From: an uncultured Nitrososphaerales archaeon
Lineage (GTDB): Archaea; Thermoproteota; Nitrososphaeria; Nitrososphaerales; Nitrososphaeraceae
Reading direction: 5' to 3'
Assembly (NCBI GenBank): GCA_963841565.1
Contig: CAWJCY010000001.1
Location: 96,001 to 160,000 of the forward strand
Length of the DNA stretch: 64,000 nucleotides
This document shows positions 11,115 through 22,699 of this stretch, in pieces. Position numbers and translations under genes: made by a program. The notes under the pieces were generated by a model. That model saw nothing but the letters and a program-made list of their open reading frames with translations. It did no database searches and was not told where the DNA came from. Position 1 is the stretch's first letter. Every line of letters begins with the position of its first letter.

Positions 11115-12017
11115 CTAATGCGTAACAGTTCCAAGCCCATTATTTACTATTACTTTAGATATCTACCGAATACGTATTGTATGTTTGACTCATGAAAGAA
11201 TCTAGTCATATATGTCAATTCATTCGTTGTGATGCGCACACATAAGTCAGAATCATCTTTTCAATCATGAAAAACCAAAAAGAGGAAATCACCTATCCTG
11301 TATAAAACGTCTAAGTAATGGTCGTTGGTTTATAGACCTGTATAATTGAATATCTGATCGATACAGACTAAAATGATGTTGATGTATACTTGTTACGGCA
11401 TGCTAATTCAAGTATAGCCCATGACGTATACTACACATTAATCGACGATCTGGATTTCTCGAGAAACTACCTGGTGTACGCTTAACCCTGGTTAACTCTT
11501 GTATGGATATTATCTCATAAGAATCCAGATATCATCCAAGAATTCATAAATGTCTATACAAATGGTGGTATGCATACTGCTAGCGTGGTGTAGTACATGT
11601 TTATATACTATATCGTCTTTTTTTCAGATTGCAAAACTTCAATAGTTGTTGTGTTATTAGATACTACGACTGGCATGTAAGTTGAAGTGGTTTACTAATT
11701 GGTTTTCATTAGCATATACTAACGGTGATTAATTTCTAAAAATAGTATTCAAATGTCCTGCAATTGGTTTTATTAGTTCAAAATTTGAAGTCAAATGGAT
11801 TAATCTTCTCGTAGACAAACCAAACAATGATAGAAGTTTCACATGAGCAGCGTGAACTCCGAAACATAAAGTCTTGGCATATTTAGGAGGTTGGGAGTTA
11901 AAACAAACAAGATTCTTTATACAAAGATATTATCTACTTTGTAGTAGTATCCCAGGAGTCATTTGAGTGGCCTGGAAACACGATCTCTGTATGACAATTT
12001 TGCTTGGAATGTGGCAT

Positions 12018-12440
12018 CTACTGCGAATTCAATAGCTCGTATAGTACTCCTTCTTGCAAAACGACTTTTCTTAATTCTCTTGCCAAATCTGTTACGGTTA
12101 CAATACCGACAATTTTCCCTTTCTCAAGGACTGGCAGTCTTCTTATCCTATGATTGATCATTCTCTGGACAGCTACTTCCAATGGGGTATCAGGCTCAGC
12201 AGTTATAGATATGTTTGACATTATCTCAGATACCAAGACCTCGGAGGAGCGGAGGTCTTTGGAACAAACTTTTCGAACAAAATCCCTTTCGGAAATAATT
12301 CCAACCGCATCGTGATTCTTTTCGACAATTAATGAGCTTATTTGATTACTTGTCATCAATTTCGCAGCGTCCACGATATTCCTATCGTTGTCTATAGTAA
12401 TAACTTCTCGAGTCATTATATTCTTTACAACTTCTGGCAT
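12018..12440 (-). CDS. CBS-pair protein
   Basis: Two CBS repeats (VKNIMT...GIISERD; IMS...IRRLPV..GIVTVTDL). Confidence 0.92.
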   Translation of the reverse strand: MPEVVKNIMTREVITIDNDRNIVDAAKLMTSNQISSLIVEKNHDAVGIISERDFVRKVCSKDLRSSEVLVSEIMSNISITAEPDTPLEVAVQRMINHRIRRLPVLEKGKIVGIVTVTDLARELRKVVLQEGVLYELLNSQ

Positions 12441-13032
12441 GGCAAATGTTAGAGTTTTTAAACAATAAATATGATCCGCATCACTTGTCGAAGCAATGTC
12501 TGACTATGCGGCTGACTTACAAGGTTGATAAATCTAGAAGGAATAAAATAGTACAAAACGACGTGCCAAGCTGTGATGACCCATTCATCATATTCGGAAG
12601 CGAATGATGGGCACACTCAACGGGAGCGACCATTAGCATGAATTCTACGATTGAATTGTGCACAGTCTTAGGCATCTATTTTAAATGAACGATTCGATTG
12701 ATTGCGTTCTATATATTTGTCATCAGAATATTTCATGCATTGTATACAGGATCTGCTTACAAATTAGGGTTCACTGGAATTAATGAATACCCTTCTCATA
12801 ATTACCAATGAGTGTTTGATTGGCTTCTGTTCTTCAGAGATCATCACTATTGTTTGAATTTCAGATATTCTCACGGGATCAATTGCAAATCCTTCTGGGA
12901 AGGACTAAATTGGATTTAAGTCTACCAGAAAGCTTTTTGCTCAATTCTGGCTCAAATTTTGTTGTCAATGGGATTTAAGATACAATGTCAATAAGGTTCG
13001 TTATGAATCAGATAGAAATAGGACACAAGGGA

Positions 13033-13170
13033 ATGTCGAGTGTGATCGTATGCAAAAATTGTGGATTTCATCTTGAGATTGATGACGATCGGGACGCAAT
13101 AGAGATGGTAGATATTCACAAGAAGATAGGTTGCAAAGTTTTCAACGAGAGGTTTAGTGAATTTACATAA
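13033..13170 (+). CDS. Small putative Zn-finger protein (45 aa)
   Basis: CKNC-x18-HKKIGC pattern; start may be 12985. Confidence 0.5.
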   Translation: MSSVIVCKNCGFHLEIDDDRDAIEMVDIHKKIGCKVFNERFSEFT

Positions 13171-13823
13171 CCGAATATCTGAACCTACAGTAGCAATTCG
13201 CATAGATTTCAATCTGTCCACATCGAATCCCGAATGTGATAAAAATATCGACAATCAACACTGTTCATTCCTAAAGTAATTGAAATTACCAAAGATCGTT
13301 TTGAAAATTTCGTGGAAACTTAAAACTAGCAATTACTAAAAGCTTGGTGAATAGGGCATATTTCAGTCGATCGATACCTTAGTCAAGATAACGAATTGCA
13401 TCAGAGTTAACATATCGGAGGACTGTGGGATAACTTTCTTAAAAAAATTATGAGGTACGGAAGGAGAATTAGTTATCATTGACTACATGCTAATGTTTTC
13501 GCGTCTCTCCCATTGACCCCAGAAGATAGCAAGAGCATATTTCTGCAATCCATAAACGATCAGTTTCTTAATGCATTACATGGAGCTATCTATAAAAGTT
13601 CAAGATGGGTTTACCCGTTATTACTTGCGTTGAGGTAATGGCAAGGTATAATTGAAAAGTTTACCTTCAAGCGGAGGTCCAGACTACTGTCGCCACAAAG
13701 TTGCAGATTAAGGCTAGTCCATGAGGCATTTGGCTATAATTCTTGAGTAAAAGTTTACCTGGTAATAATCTGCGATTAGTCTATTCTTTTCTCCCGAATG
13801 CAACAGGTAATATCAAGATACAC

Positions 13824-14642
13824 TTAGATAGCTTGTGCCAGCTCCTCCATCTTGTGCCCGATATCTGACGACTGAATGAGACTTGTTCCTATTAGAAACC
13901 CATCTGCTCCAACTTTCCTAAGCTCGCGGATTGTTTGTGAATCTGAAATGCCACTTTCACTTATTACCACATTCTTGCCCTTGCTCTGATTCGTAAGGAT
14001 CTCTGAGGTTACCGATGTATCGACAACCAGAGTATCCAAATCACGATTATTTATTCCAAGGATATTATTGCTCGAACTCTCTATTAGTTTCATTGACTCA
14101 GCAAATTCTAACTGAGTATGAACTTCAATGATTGCCCCCAACCCAATCCGATTTGCGTAATCTAGGTAGTTTTCTATATCACCCTCCGCCAAATTGTTAT
14201 CGAAGACTGATTTGATAAGTAATATGCTATCTGCTCCAATTTTTCTGGCTATGCTAACCTGTACATCACTGACAACTATATCCTTCATGAGAATGGGAGC
14301 ATTTATTTTATGTCTATTGTATGAGATATGGGATATAGAGCCGTGGAATTCATAGGGCTGAGTCAAGACCGATATTGCTATTGCTCCAGAATTTATCATA
14401 ATTTCAGCTATGTCTGAAGGTTGGAATTTTTTATCTATCAAAAGGCCGCGTGATGGCGAGCGGTATTTTATTTCTCCTATTATAGGTACATATGGACAAG
14501 AGACTATGCGTTTTCTAAGATCCAAAATATCGTGTGATCTGAGATGCAAAGAGTTGAAATCATATGCTCCATTATCCAATGCCCTGTAAGAGTTGTCAAC
14601 TAGCCGGTGAAGAAAGCGTTCATGATCCAGGAATCTTACCAT
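13824..14642 (-). CDS. trpC: Indole-3-glycerol phosphate synthase
   Basis: IGEIKYRSPS, AISVLT, GINNRDL, ISESGI, FLIGTSL motifs. Confidence 0.93.
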   Translation of the reverse strand: MVRFLDHERFLHRLVDNSYRALDNGAYDFNSLHLRSHDILDLRKRIVSCPYVPIIGEIKYRSPSRGLLIDKKFQPSDIAEIMINSGAIAISVLTQPYEFHGSISHISYNRHKINAPILMKDIVVSDVQVSIARKIGADSILLIKSVFDNNLAEGDIENYLDYANRIGLGAIIEVHTQLEFAESMKLIESSSNNILGINNRDLDTLVVDTSVTSEILTNQSKGKNVVISESGISDSQTIRELRKVGADGFLIGTSLIQSSDIGHKMEELAQAI

Positions 14643-14987
14643 GGACTATTTTTGTTCTCCTTCTGGGATTTGCGTGTTAAACAATTTGAGCGTTTCCTTT
14701 TACCTTCCTTTTTGGAAGTATTCTGCTGATAATGGAGCAGAATGAAGAGGGTGATTTGGACTATAACATGTCCGTTGGTGTAAGTTGACAACTATCACTA
14801 TCAATAAGCGCCGGATTTACGAGAATGAATATATGGAAAGGGTCGTCGCATTAGATTCGATTTACTGTTGCGTGACAAGGTTTCTCTAACTAATGTAACT
14901 GGAAGGCTAAATTTCATGTTGTCCAGAATCATCCCTAAACACTGGTGGCAATGCTTATTAGATCCGTGACGCTATTATTTCATAAAT

Positions 14988-15341
14988 ATGGATTTTGACA
15001 GACTCTGTAAGGATGTTCTCGATTTGGAATCTGGAGTGAGGTTTGCTGGTGTCTGTGACGATTCAGGAGTAATAAAATATGGTGGTCAAAGAGAAGGAAT
15101 AACCAATTACCTCTCTCCAGACGAAACAAAACGATCAAATTTGCAGGCATTGGCGAGATGGGCATTACGGAATTCCCTCGCATCAAAAATAGGAGAAGGG
15201 AGATATGCGATGGCCGAATATGAGAAAATCAAGAGAATAACTGTTCCATTAGAACAAAATCACTTACTCCTAGTAACCACAGAGGTTAATGCAGATCATA
15301 ACAAGATTATAGAGAGTATTCTGAAAATGGTTGGGAGATAA
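14988..15341 (+). CDS. Roadblock/profilin-like small protein (DUF6659-like, expanded in Nitrososphaerota)
   Basis: VRFAGV...GGQREG...Y.MAEYEKIKRITVPL....LLVTTE pattern. Confidence 0.7.
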   Translation: MDFDRLCKDVLDLESGVRFAGVCDDSGVIKYGGQREGITNYLSPDETKRSNLQALARWALRNSLASKIGEGRYAMAEYEKIKRITVPLEQNHLLLVTTEVNADHNKIIESILKMVGR

Positions 15342-15517
15342 ACTATTTAGTGAAATATGTTGAGGTGTTGAGCGTAGTTCTGCACTTTTGCCGGCGTGAT
15401 CAAGTAACGATATTATTTTAGTGCTTCGCGCAAAATAGTCACCAACGTCAAAGTAATATTTCTGGAATTATCAAGAAGTAGGGATAATGAATAATGTATA
15501 CTTGCTGCCTCCGTTCT

Positions 15518-17419
15518 TCATCGATTGTCAGACAAGCTTTTTGTGGCATCAATAATACCATAAGCAATTGTAAAGCTAAATGTTGAGCCTTTTCCATCAA
15601 TATTATTTTTTGCCCAAATCTTGCCCCCATGGGCTTCTATTATGCTCTTACATATGAATAGACCCAGCCCAGTTCCAGTCTCCGATTTGGTCGAGAACTT
15701 TGTAAATAGCCTAGTCGTGATATCAGAATCGATCCCCTTACCAGTGTCCGTAACACTGACCACAATGTCATGAAAATTCTTTTCGACGGCAACACGTATG
15801 TATCCTTCCTGCGTGAATTTTACTGAGTTAGCTAGAAGATTATAGATAACCTGGTATATCCTTCCCTTATCAGCATAAACTAGAATTGATCCTATCGAAT
15901 CGTATTGAAGCTGGACTTGATTTGATCTTTCTTCGTCTGCCCTCAAAGCGGTCTTCGTATCCTCCAGAACTGAATGAATAACGAGGTCGAGATCAAACGG
16001 TTCCTTATTAAGCCGAAGGCTTTTACTTTCTATGCGGGTTACATCCAAAATGTCTGAAGCCAACCTTACTAGTCTTCTGGCGTTACGCATGATTGATTGA
16101 ACCTGTTCATTGTCCACTGCCACTAAAGGCTTCGATGCCATAAATTGACGTTCAATGTACTGCGCCTCACCCAGAATAGGCATGATAGGAGTCCTCAATT
16201 CGTGGGCTGCCACATTTATGAACTCTTTCTGCATCTTATCATGGATTTTAAGCTGCCTATTGGCAACTGCCAGGCGTCGATTAGTCTCCCCAAGTGAATT
16301 ATTGATCTCCTTAAGTTGACCAGTCCTTGATCTGATAGCGTTGTCTAACCTTCTATTCCAAGATAGGACGATGAATGAGACAAATACTGCAATGCATGCA
16401 GTAGTTATCACCACTATCGTACTAAATGTGCTCAGTTGATCTATTAAGCCCCCCACTTCTGTTGCAAGACTGTGCGGTACACTCACGAAAAGCGTCCACA
16501 AATGTTCGGTACCTATGCGGACAGGTTGATAGGCCATGGTCACAATAGAATCTGTATTAGGAAGCTCTATATCGTTAACTCCTCCATTCCTATCCCTTAG
16601 CGAGCTATTTATGATTGCATTATAAGAATTCTTTATATCTTCAGAAACAAGAGACTGAAATTCAGCAGACAGATAATTCTTCCCAATTAAGGAAGGCTCC
16701 CTTGCATAGACAATCACTCCATCTCGGTCCATAAATCCCACGTTACTTACTACTTCGGGCGACAAATCTCGCTGTAACATTTCGCCTACAATCCTAAGAT
16801 TGATGGCTGCAACTATTACACCGACAGGAGAGTGTTCGACAGACATAGTAGTTGAATTAGATATCTCTGAACCTCGACTGCCTGTTCCAGGGCCTACTTG
16901 AAATATAGGATAAGAGATTAAGAGCCTTGGTTGATTATCATGAAAGTTAAGAACATTGCTATAATAGGGCAATGAAGTTTCGAGAGGAATTCGAATGAAT
17001 TCCTCATCCTTCAAGTCTGAAGACCCTAGTGACGTAAGATTATTAGGATCTAAGCCGGTCCACGACAGTATCTGTCCGCTCTCATTAAAAAGATAGTATC
17101 CTTCAGTCAAATCCATTGTGGAATCCTGTGCAAATTTGAGAAGGATTTGGTTCATGCTTTGGTTGTCAAAGCCTCCTGGGAGAGTACTCGACAATACGGC
17201 TAGCTTATCCACGACTGGATTCACAGTATGGTAAAAGATTCTTGAAAGATCAAATGCCGTTATCCTCGCGTTTGACCTTATATTATCAGAAGCCAATTCT
17301 TCTACCTTGTTAGCCGTCATGGAAGAGTATTGATACGAAAGGGACGAAGATAAAAAGCCTACAATGACTATGATCACTAGGATAGTAATATTAAGTTTTG
17401 ATAGCCTTGCGTCTATCAT
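15518..17419 (-). CDS. Membrane sensor histidine kinase (extracellular Cache-like domain, HisKA, HATPase)
   Basis: Two TM segments, AAHELRTP H-box, NLLANSVKF, DTGKG, GTGLGL. Confidence 0.95.
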   Translation of the reverse strand: MIDARLSKLNITILVIIVIVGFLSSSLSYQYSSMTANKVEELASDNIRSNARITAFDLSRIFYHTVNPVVDKLAVLSSTLPGGFDNQSMNQILLKFAQDSTMDLTEGYYLFNESGQILSWTGLDPNNLTSLGSSDLKDEEFIRIPLETSLPYYSNVLNFHDNQPRLLISYPIFQVGPGTGSRGSEISNSTTMSVEHSPVGVIVAAINLRIVGEMLQRDLSPEVVSNVGFMDRDGVIVYAREPSLIGKNYLSAEFQSLVSEDIKNSYNAIINSSLRDRNGGVNDIELPNTDSIVTMAYQPVRIGTEHLWTLFVSVPHSLATEVGGLIDQLSTFSTIVVITTACIAVFVSFIVLSWNRRLDNAIRSRTGQLKEINNSLGETNRRLAVANRQLKIHDKMQKEFINVAAHELRTPIMPILGEAQYIERQFMASKPLVAVDNEQVQSIMRNARRLVRLASDILDVTRIESKSLRLNKEPFDLDLVIHSVLEDTKTALRADEERSNQVQLQYDSIGSILVYADKGRIYQVIYNLLANSVKFTQEGYIRVAVEKNFHDIVVSVTDTGKGIDSDITTRLFTKFSTKSETGTGLGLFICKSIIEAHGGKIWAKNNIDGKGSTFSFTIAYGIIDATKSLSDNR

Positions 17420-17705
17420 GAACTAAAAATGCCCCCTCTAGTGTTCATTTGGAATAAATCATAATGTGGGAACGACTTTTATACTTGTCAGACGCTTCGG
17501 TGATGTGCCAACGATATCGGCCATCAGGAAGTATAATTCAAATTATTACCTAACGATTTTTCAAGAATTATTTGTCATTGGATTTAACATGATCCAGGTA
17601 TCTTATGTTAATATCTATTATTGGTCAAATTAACATTAATTCCTTTTCATGAAATGAATCAAGATATAGATTTATTTTCAACTAGGCATATTCGACAGTG
17701 AAAAA

Positions 17706-17864
17706 ATGACAGATGAAATATTCATGTATGGAATTGCCGCTGGCGCGTTTGCAGTCCTAGCGGGAATATTATTCGGTTCAAGGAGTAAACGTAAAGCTGA
17801 AGAGAGAAAATTAACAGCCGGTTCAACTGGATCATCAGAGGCTGGTAGAACGGGAGTTATATAG
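17706..17864 (+). CDS. Small single-TM protein (52 aa, below ORF-track cutoff)
   Basis: MTDEIFMYGIAAGAFAVLAGILFGSRSKRK...: hydrophobic helix followed by basic stop-transfer residues. Confidence 0.6.
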   Translation: MTDEIFMYGIAAGAFAVLAGILFGSRSKRKAEERKLTAGSTGSSEAGRTGVI

Positions 17865-18329
17865 TTTGTACCAGCTCTACAGTTTGATCCTTGCTGAATA
17901 AAAATCTGATTGATGTAAAATATTCCAAAACTCACCTTCCCATTCGTCTTTGATGGTAAGATCGTACAACGAAACATCAAACATCTTACTAAAGGTATTG
18001 CATAAAATATTTGGTATCGACATTAAGATCGGTTTGACCTTTGTAATTGAGTGAGTAGTATATTTTTGAGTCCTCTTGTCCTAATCTGCTGTAGTGAATG
18101 TTTTGGTCCAGAAAACACACTATAAAGGGGGTGGGAAGGAAAAAAGCATCAGCCCCTACTGCAATAAAAAAGAAGCTTCGCTGTACAAAGGCGTTTTGGC
18201 CATCTTGACCCCTTCTAATTGGAATCATTTTTAATCTGTCACTTTACTTTAAGTATACACTTTTTTCCTCTTACAATGGATGTTTCATTACATGGTAATT
18301 ACGAGTACCGTTCTGGGAACAACAATTTG

Positions 18330-18488
18330 TCAAACGTTCTTCTTTCTCTTGTTCAACTTGAGTAGGATCAACCCAGCAACTCCCCATAGCATTACCGCTA
18401 CAAAGGTCTGCCTAAAAAACCAAGCAATTCCACCAGTAACTGCAAAGACCATCCCTAAGATTCCTATGGCCTGCTTTCTCTTTACCAT
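18330..18488 (-). CDS. Small two-TM protein
   Basis: Two hydrophobic helices flanked by KRK and KRKK. Confidence 0.6.
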   Translation of the reverse strand: MVKRKQAIGILGMVFAVTGGIAWFFRQTFVAVMLWGVAGLILLKLNKRKKNV

Positions 18489-18906
18489 TAGCAGCATCCT
18501 CAAAGGGATCGATCTCAATTAACCCTTTCGCCACAATCAGTTCATGACAGCTGTTAATTTACAAGATAAGTAGTATGGATTCAAGAGCGCCATGATATAA
18601 CAATTACCCACCAGTTGGAATGTCAAAATTGTATTTAGAAGGACTTAAAAGGAATATTGAATAGTCCGATTCTAGTTGGATAGGGTTACTTGGTGCAGAT
18701 TGTGAAATGAGTTTTACTTTGCAGGTAATACTTGATACAACTAAAGGATCTCCTTCGATGCGTATTAAGGTATGAATCCTCGATGATGAACCCCTATCCA
18801 GACTCGACAGATTGAGTAAGTGAGTATGTGCCTGTCCATCGAAATAGAACTATGAGGGGGAATCCGGAAACATAAAGGCTATATACTTTTCACCTAACGA
18901 AGTTGT

Positions 18907-19233
18907 ATGGCACTATTTGGAATATTCGGCACGCACACTGTGGATCTGTGTCCTTTAAACAACAAAACAAGTGCTAAAACTATGGTCCAAATGTCAGAGA
19001 AGAGTGCAGATGCAACAAATAACCGCTCTAAATATGGAATAAGCAGGATCATTGGTAGGTACCACTCAGCATTGGAGCACACGTTTGTTTGGATCGTTGA
19101 TGCAGAAAGCGCACATCAACTAGAGAAATTCCTAATTGATATAGGCTCTGCCAAGTTTAATTCATCTAAAATAGTTCCTTTAATCAATTTTGAAGAGGTT
19201 GTGCGGAAGGGGACCGACGATCTTCAAAGCTAG
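18907..19233 (+). CDS. Hypothetical protein (DUF3303-like dimeric alpha+beta barrel)
   Basis: H.VDLCP and EHTFVWIVDAES motifs; upstream TATA CTATATA. Confidence 0.65.
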   Translation: MALFGIFGTHTVDLCPLNNKTSAKTMVQMSEKSADATNNRSKYGISRIIGRYHSALEHTFVWIVDAESAHQLEKFLIDIGSAKFNSSKIVPLINFEEVVRKGTDDLQS

Positions 19234-19718
19234 TATTTTGTACGAGTTCCCTGTGGAGTAATTTATACTGTTCTTGATTTTTTTCTGTAACCCATCCCAC
19301 TGCGTCAAACAAAGTTAACTACGGTCCGTTTTGAATACTTATTACATCTGACTTAATTCATTTCGATATCGCTGCAAGTTGTAGGAGTGAATATTTCGCC
19401 ACATCTCGATTAAAAAAAGGATTAGAGTATTGTTCATGTATTCAAAAAAGATTACACAATGTTAACGAGCACACGTTGTACAATTGAGCGTCATATGGTT
19501 AATTGTAGTACTCATTTGCACTGACATAAGGTTGGCTGTCGATATAAGTAAGGTCAATACTAATCGGCTCTACAGAGAGAAGTGTTCTTTCACACTGTAA
19601 TGACATTTTGGCAGTACTCAAGGAGATATTTGATCTAAGAAGTTTAATGTTCTACAGATACGGCGGATCCCTTGATATCATAAACCATGTATATATTGCC
19701 TTGTGGTTTAGATAATAC

Positions 19719-22040
19719 ATGACCGAGCGCAATGATCCATACTCGCAATCGTCGTCCCACGTTATTGCAGAGATTTACCAGAGATTGCAGGATAATATAT
19801 CAAGAATCCAGGGAATAAGAAGTAGGCCCCTAACTTTGAGTGAAAAGGTACTTATTGGCCATTTAGATCATCAAATTGGGCCTGATTTAGAGAATAATTT
19901 AGCGAGGGGTAAGAGTTATATATCACTAAGGCCTGACAGGGTAGCGCTTCAGGATGTAACTGGACAAATGACGCTGCTCCAGTTCATGCAAACCGGATTG
20001 CAACACACACAGGTACCCACTAGCGTGCACTGCGATCACCTTATCCAGGCAAGAGTTGAAGGAGAGCAAGACACACGTGCGGCACTCTACGAAAATAGTG
20101 AAGTCTACCAGTTTTTAGAATCGGCATGCAAGAAATACGGAATAGGATTTTGGAGGCCTGGTTCAGGTATTATTCATCAAGTTGTCCTAGAGAACTACGC
20201 GTTTCCGGGAGGCCTCATGATTGGTACCGACTCGCATACCCCTAATGCAGGTGGTCTTGGTATGCTGGCTATAGGAGTTGGAGGTTTGGATGCGGCTGAA
20301 GTAATGGCAGGACTACCTTGGGAATTATTGTACCCCAAGCGAATTGGGGTACTCCTCACTGGAGAGCTTAATGGATGGACATCTCCTAAGGATATTATCT
20401 TACATGTCGCCTCAATTTTGACAGTAGCCGGGGGAACGAACGCGATAATTGAATATTTTGGTCCAGGTTGCACAACCCTCAGCTGCACCGGGAAGGCAAC
20501 CATTACTAACATGGGAGCTGAGATTGGTGCAACAACTTCAATTTTTCCTTATGACAGAAAGATGAGTGAATATCTTGCAGCCACAGGAAGAAGTGAAATA
20601 GCTGAGTTAGCGAACCGGCATTTTAGCTTACTGCAACAGGATCCGGAAATAGAGCGTCAAATTCTACTAAACCGGGAGAATAGCTCGAAATACTTTGATC
20701 AGCTAATAGAGTTGAACCTTTCTGAATTGGATCCTTATATTGTCGGTCCTCATACCCCAGATCTTGCTCGCCCCGTCTCAAAAATGGCATCTGACGTGAA
20801 AAGAAATGGATATGTCGACGAAATATCTGTTGCATTAATTGGTAGTTGCACCAATTCGTCGTATGAGGATATGTCACGGGCAGCCGACATTGCAGAACAG
20901 GCCAATGCTCGAGGATTGAAGGCAAAAATACCTTTGCAGGTCACGCCTGGCTCTGAAATGATTAGAACCACAATTGAACGAGATGGACAGATGGATTTGC
21001 TTAAGAGAATTGGTGCAAATGTCCTGGCTAATGCGTGTGGACCATGTATCGGTCAATGGCAGAGATCGGAATTGAAAACTGGCTTGCCTAATACTATCGT
21101 CACATCGTACAATCGTAATTTCCCAGGAAGAAATGATGGTAGGCGCGAGACTATGAATTTCATATCTAGTCCAGAGATGGTCGTTGCATTAGCCTTGGGC
21201 GGAAAGCTATCGTTTAATCCCCTAAATGACGAATTAGTAGCTAGCGATGGAAGCTTGTTCAAGCTTGAACCTCCCAAAATTGCGCCAGAGATTCCTAGCC
21301 TAGGATTCGCGGACGTCGCTGATACATTTGTCGCACCAGCCAGCGATTCGAAAAACATCAGTGTCGTTATCAGAGAGGATAGTGATAGGCTCCAAAAACT
21401 TGAGCCATTCCCAGCCTGGGATGGAAGGGATTTCGAAGACCTTGCAATACTAGCCAAAGTAGCTGGGAAATGTACCACCGACCATATATCTCCCGCAGGA
21501 GCATGGCTCATGTATCGAGGTCATCTTGATAAAATAAGTGATAATCTGCTTCTGGGCGCAGTGAATTCCTTTAACGGAAAAATTGGCATTGGAAAGAACG
21601 TGTTCACCAATCAGATTGGTTCTTTTCCAGAAATTGCTAGAATATACAGGAATCAAGGAATAAAATGGATCATTATAGGCGATATGAACTATGGAGAAGG
21701 TAGTAGTAGAGAGCATGCTGCCATGTCTCCACGGTATTTAGGCTGTGTTGCGGTAATCGCTCGAAGCTTTGCAAGAATTCATGAAACTAATTTGAAGAAG
21801 CAGGGAGTCCTTGCCGCTACTTTCGCCAACAAGTCAGACTTTGAAAAAATACGTGAAGATGATAGGGTAAGTATACATGGATTAAGTCGACTAGAACCCG
21901 GCAAACCTCTAGAGTGCTTACTACATCATGGTAACCAAGGAATAGAGACAATCTGGCTTCAGCATTCCTACAATGAGGCTCAAATTGAATGGTTCAAAAT
22001 GGGTTCTGCACTTAATATAATCAGAAGTAGAAAAACATGA
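19719..22040 (+). CDS. Aconitate hydratase (mitochondrial-type)
   Basis: QDVTG, HCDHLI, DSHT, GSCTNSS, CGPCIG, NRNF, TTDHISP, GSSREHAA. Confidence 0.97.
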   Translation: MTERNDPYSQSSSHVIAEIYQRLQDNISRIQGIRSRPLTLSEKVLIGHLDHQIGPDLENNLARGKSYISLRPDRVALQDVTGQMTLLQFMQTGLQHTQVPTSVHCDHLIQARVEGEQDTRAALYENSEVYQFLESACKKYGIGFWRPGSGIIHQVVLENYAFPGGLMIGTDSHTPNAGGLGMLAIGVGGLDAAEVMAGLPWELLYPKRIGVLLTGELNGWTSPKDIILHVASILTVAGGTNAIIEYFGPGCTTLSCTGKATITNMGAEIGATTSIFPYDRKMSEYLAATGRSEIAELANRHFSLLQQDPEIERQILLNRENSSKYFDQLIELNLSELDPYIVGPHTPDLARPVSKMASDVKRNGYVDEISVALIGSCTNSSYEDMSRAADIAEQANARGLKAKIPLQVTPGSEMIRTTIERDGQMDLLKRIGANVLANACGPCIGQWQRSELKTGLPNTIVTSYNRNFPGRNDGRRETMNFISSPEMVVALALGGKLSFNPLNDELVASDGSLFKLEPPKIAPEIPSLGFADVADTFVAPASDSKNISVVIREDSDRLQKLEPFPAWDGRDFEDLAILAKVAGKCTTDHISPAGAWLMYRGHLDKISDNLLLGAVNSFNGKIGIGKNVFTNQIGSFPEIARIYRNQGIKWIIIGDMNYGEGSSREHAAMSPRYLGCVAVIARSFARIHETNLKKQGVLAATFANKSDFEKIREDDRVSIHGLSRLEPGKPLECLLHHGNQGIETIWLQHSYNEAQIEWFKMGSALNIIRSRKT

Positions 22041-22447
22041 TTTGATCAGTTACATTTCAACTTTCAGCCTTATCATATCCCAATGAAGCAAAAAGCAAAT
22101 TAGTTGTGTTAGCGTTCAATTTTGCATCTAAAATCTTATCACTTTGATCCTACGCACGTCTAGGAATCCTTTTCTATCTTCTTCGTTTGATCATGTAATA
22201 GAAAAGCCATAAATTACGCTAAACTAAGGACTTCGTTAAGAGTCCTTCTTGACAAGAAAAGGACTCGCTTCAATTTCGTTATAGTAGTTTTCAACTTGCG
22301 TGAAACCTCGCACTTATTCTCCAAAATCTGTAATTTATTATCTATGTTCCTCGACAATAGAAAACATCTGATTATGATTTTATGCAGTGATGATGAGAAA
22401 ACTTAATAAGCATATTTCTTGTCATAAGGAGACAAGGCTAAAGAAGT

Positions 22448-22699
22448 ATGACGTGTAAAGGAATATGTTCTAGGCATAAAGCTCAGAAGCCGGTAGGAAT
22501 GGGAAGATACGCTAATGGGCAAAAAAGATGTCAGATATGTGAGATTTTTTTGAAATGGGAAGGATTATGGTGCCCATGCTGCGGATATAGACTAAGAACT
22601 AAACCTAGAAATTTGAAGTATAAGGCCAAATTGCGGCAACGCGAAACAGTTATCACGGTACCCGAGAACATTATCGTTAAGAAAGTACCTAATGCATAG
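22448..22699 (+). CDS. Small basic Zn-finger protein conserved in Nitrososphaerota
   Basis: CKGIC...CQIC...CPCC.YRLRTKPR; TATA CTTAATAA upstream, T-rich terminator downstream. Confidence 0.85.
   Translation: MTCKGICSRHKAQKPVGMGRYANGQKRCQICEIFLKWEGLWCPCCGYRLRTKPRNLKYKAKLRQRETVITVPENIIVKKVPNA

Noticed and set aside
12572-12616. Hairpin containing TGATGA (C-box or SECIS-like)
   Set aside because: No matching D box or guide layout, no selenoprotein nearby; a single short hairpin is compatible with chance
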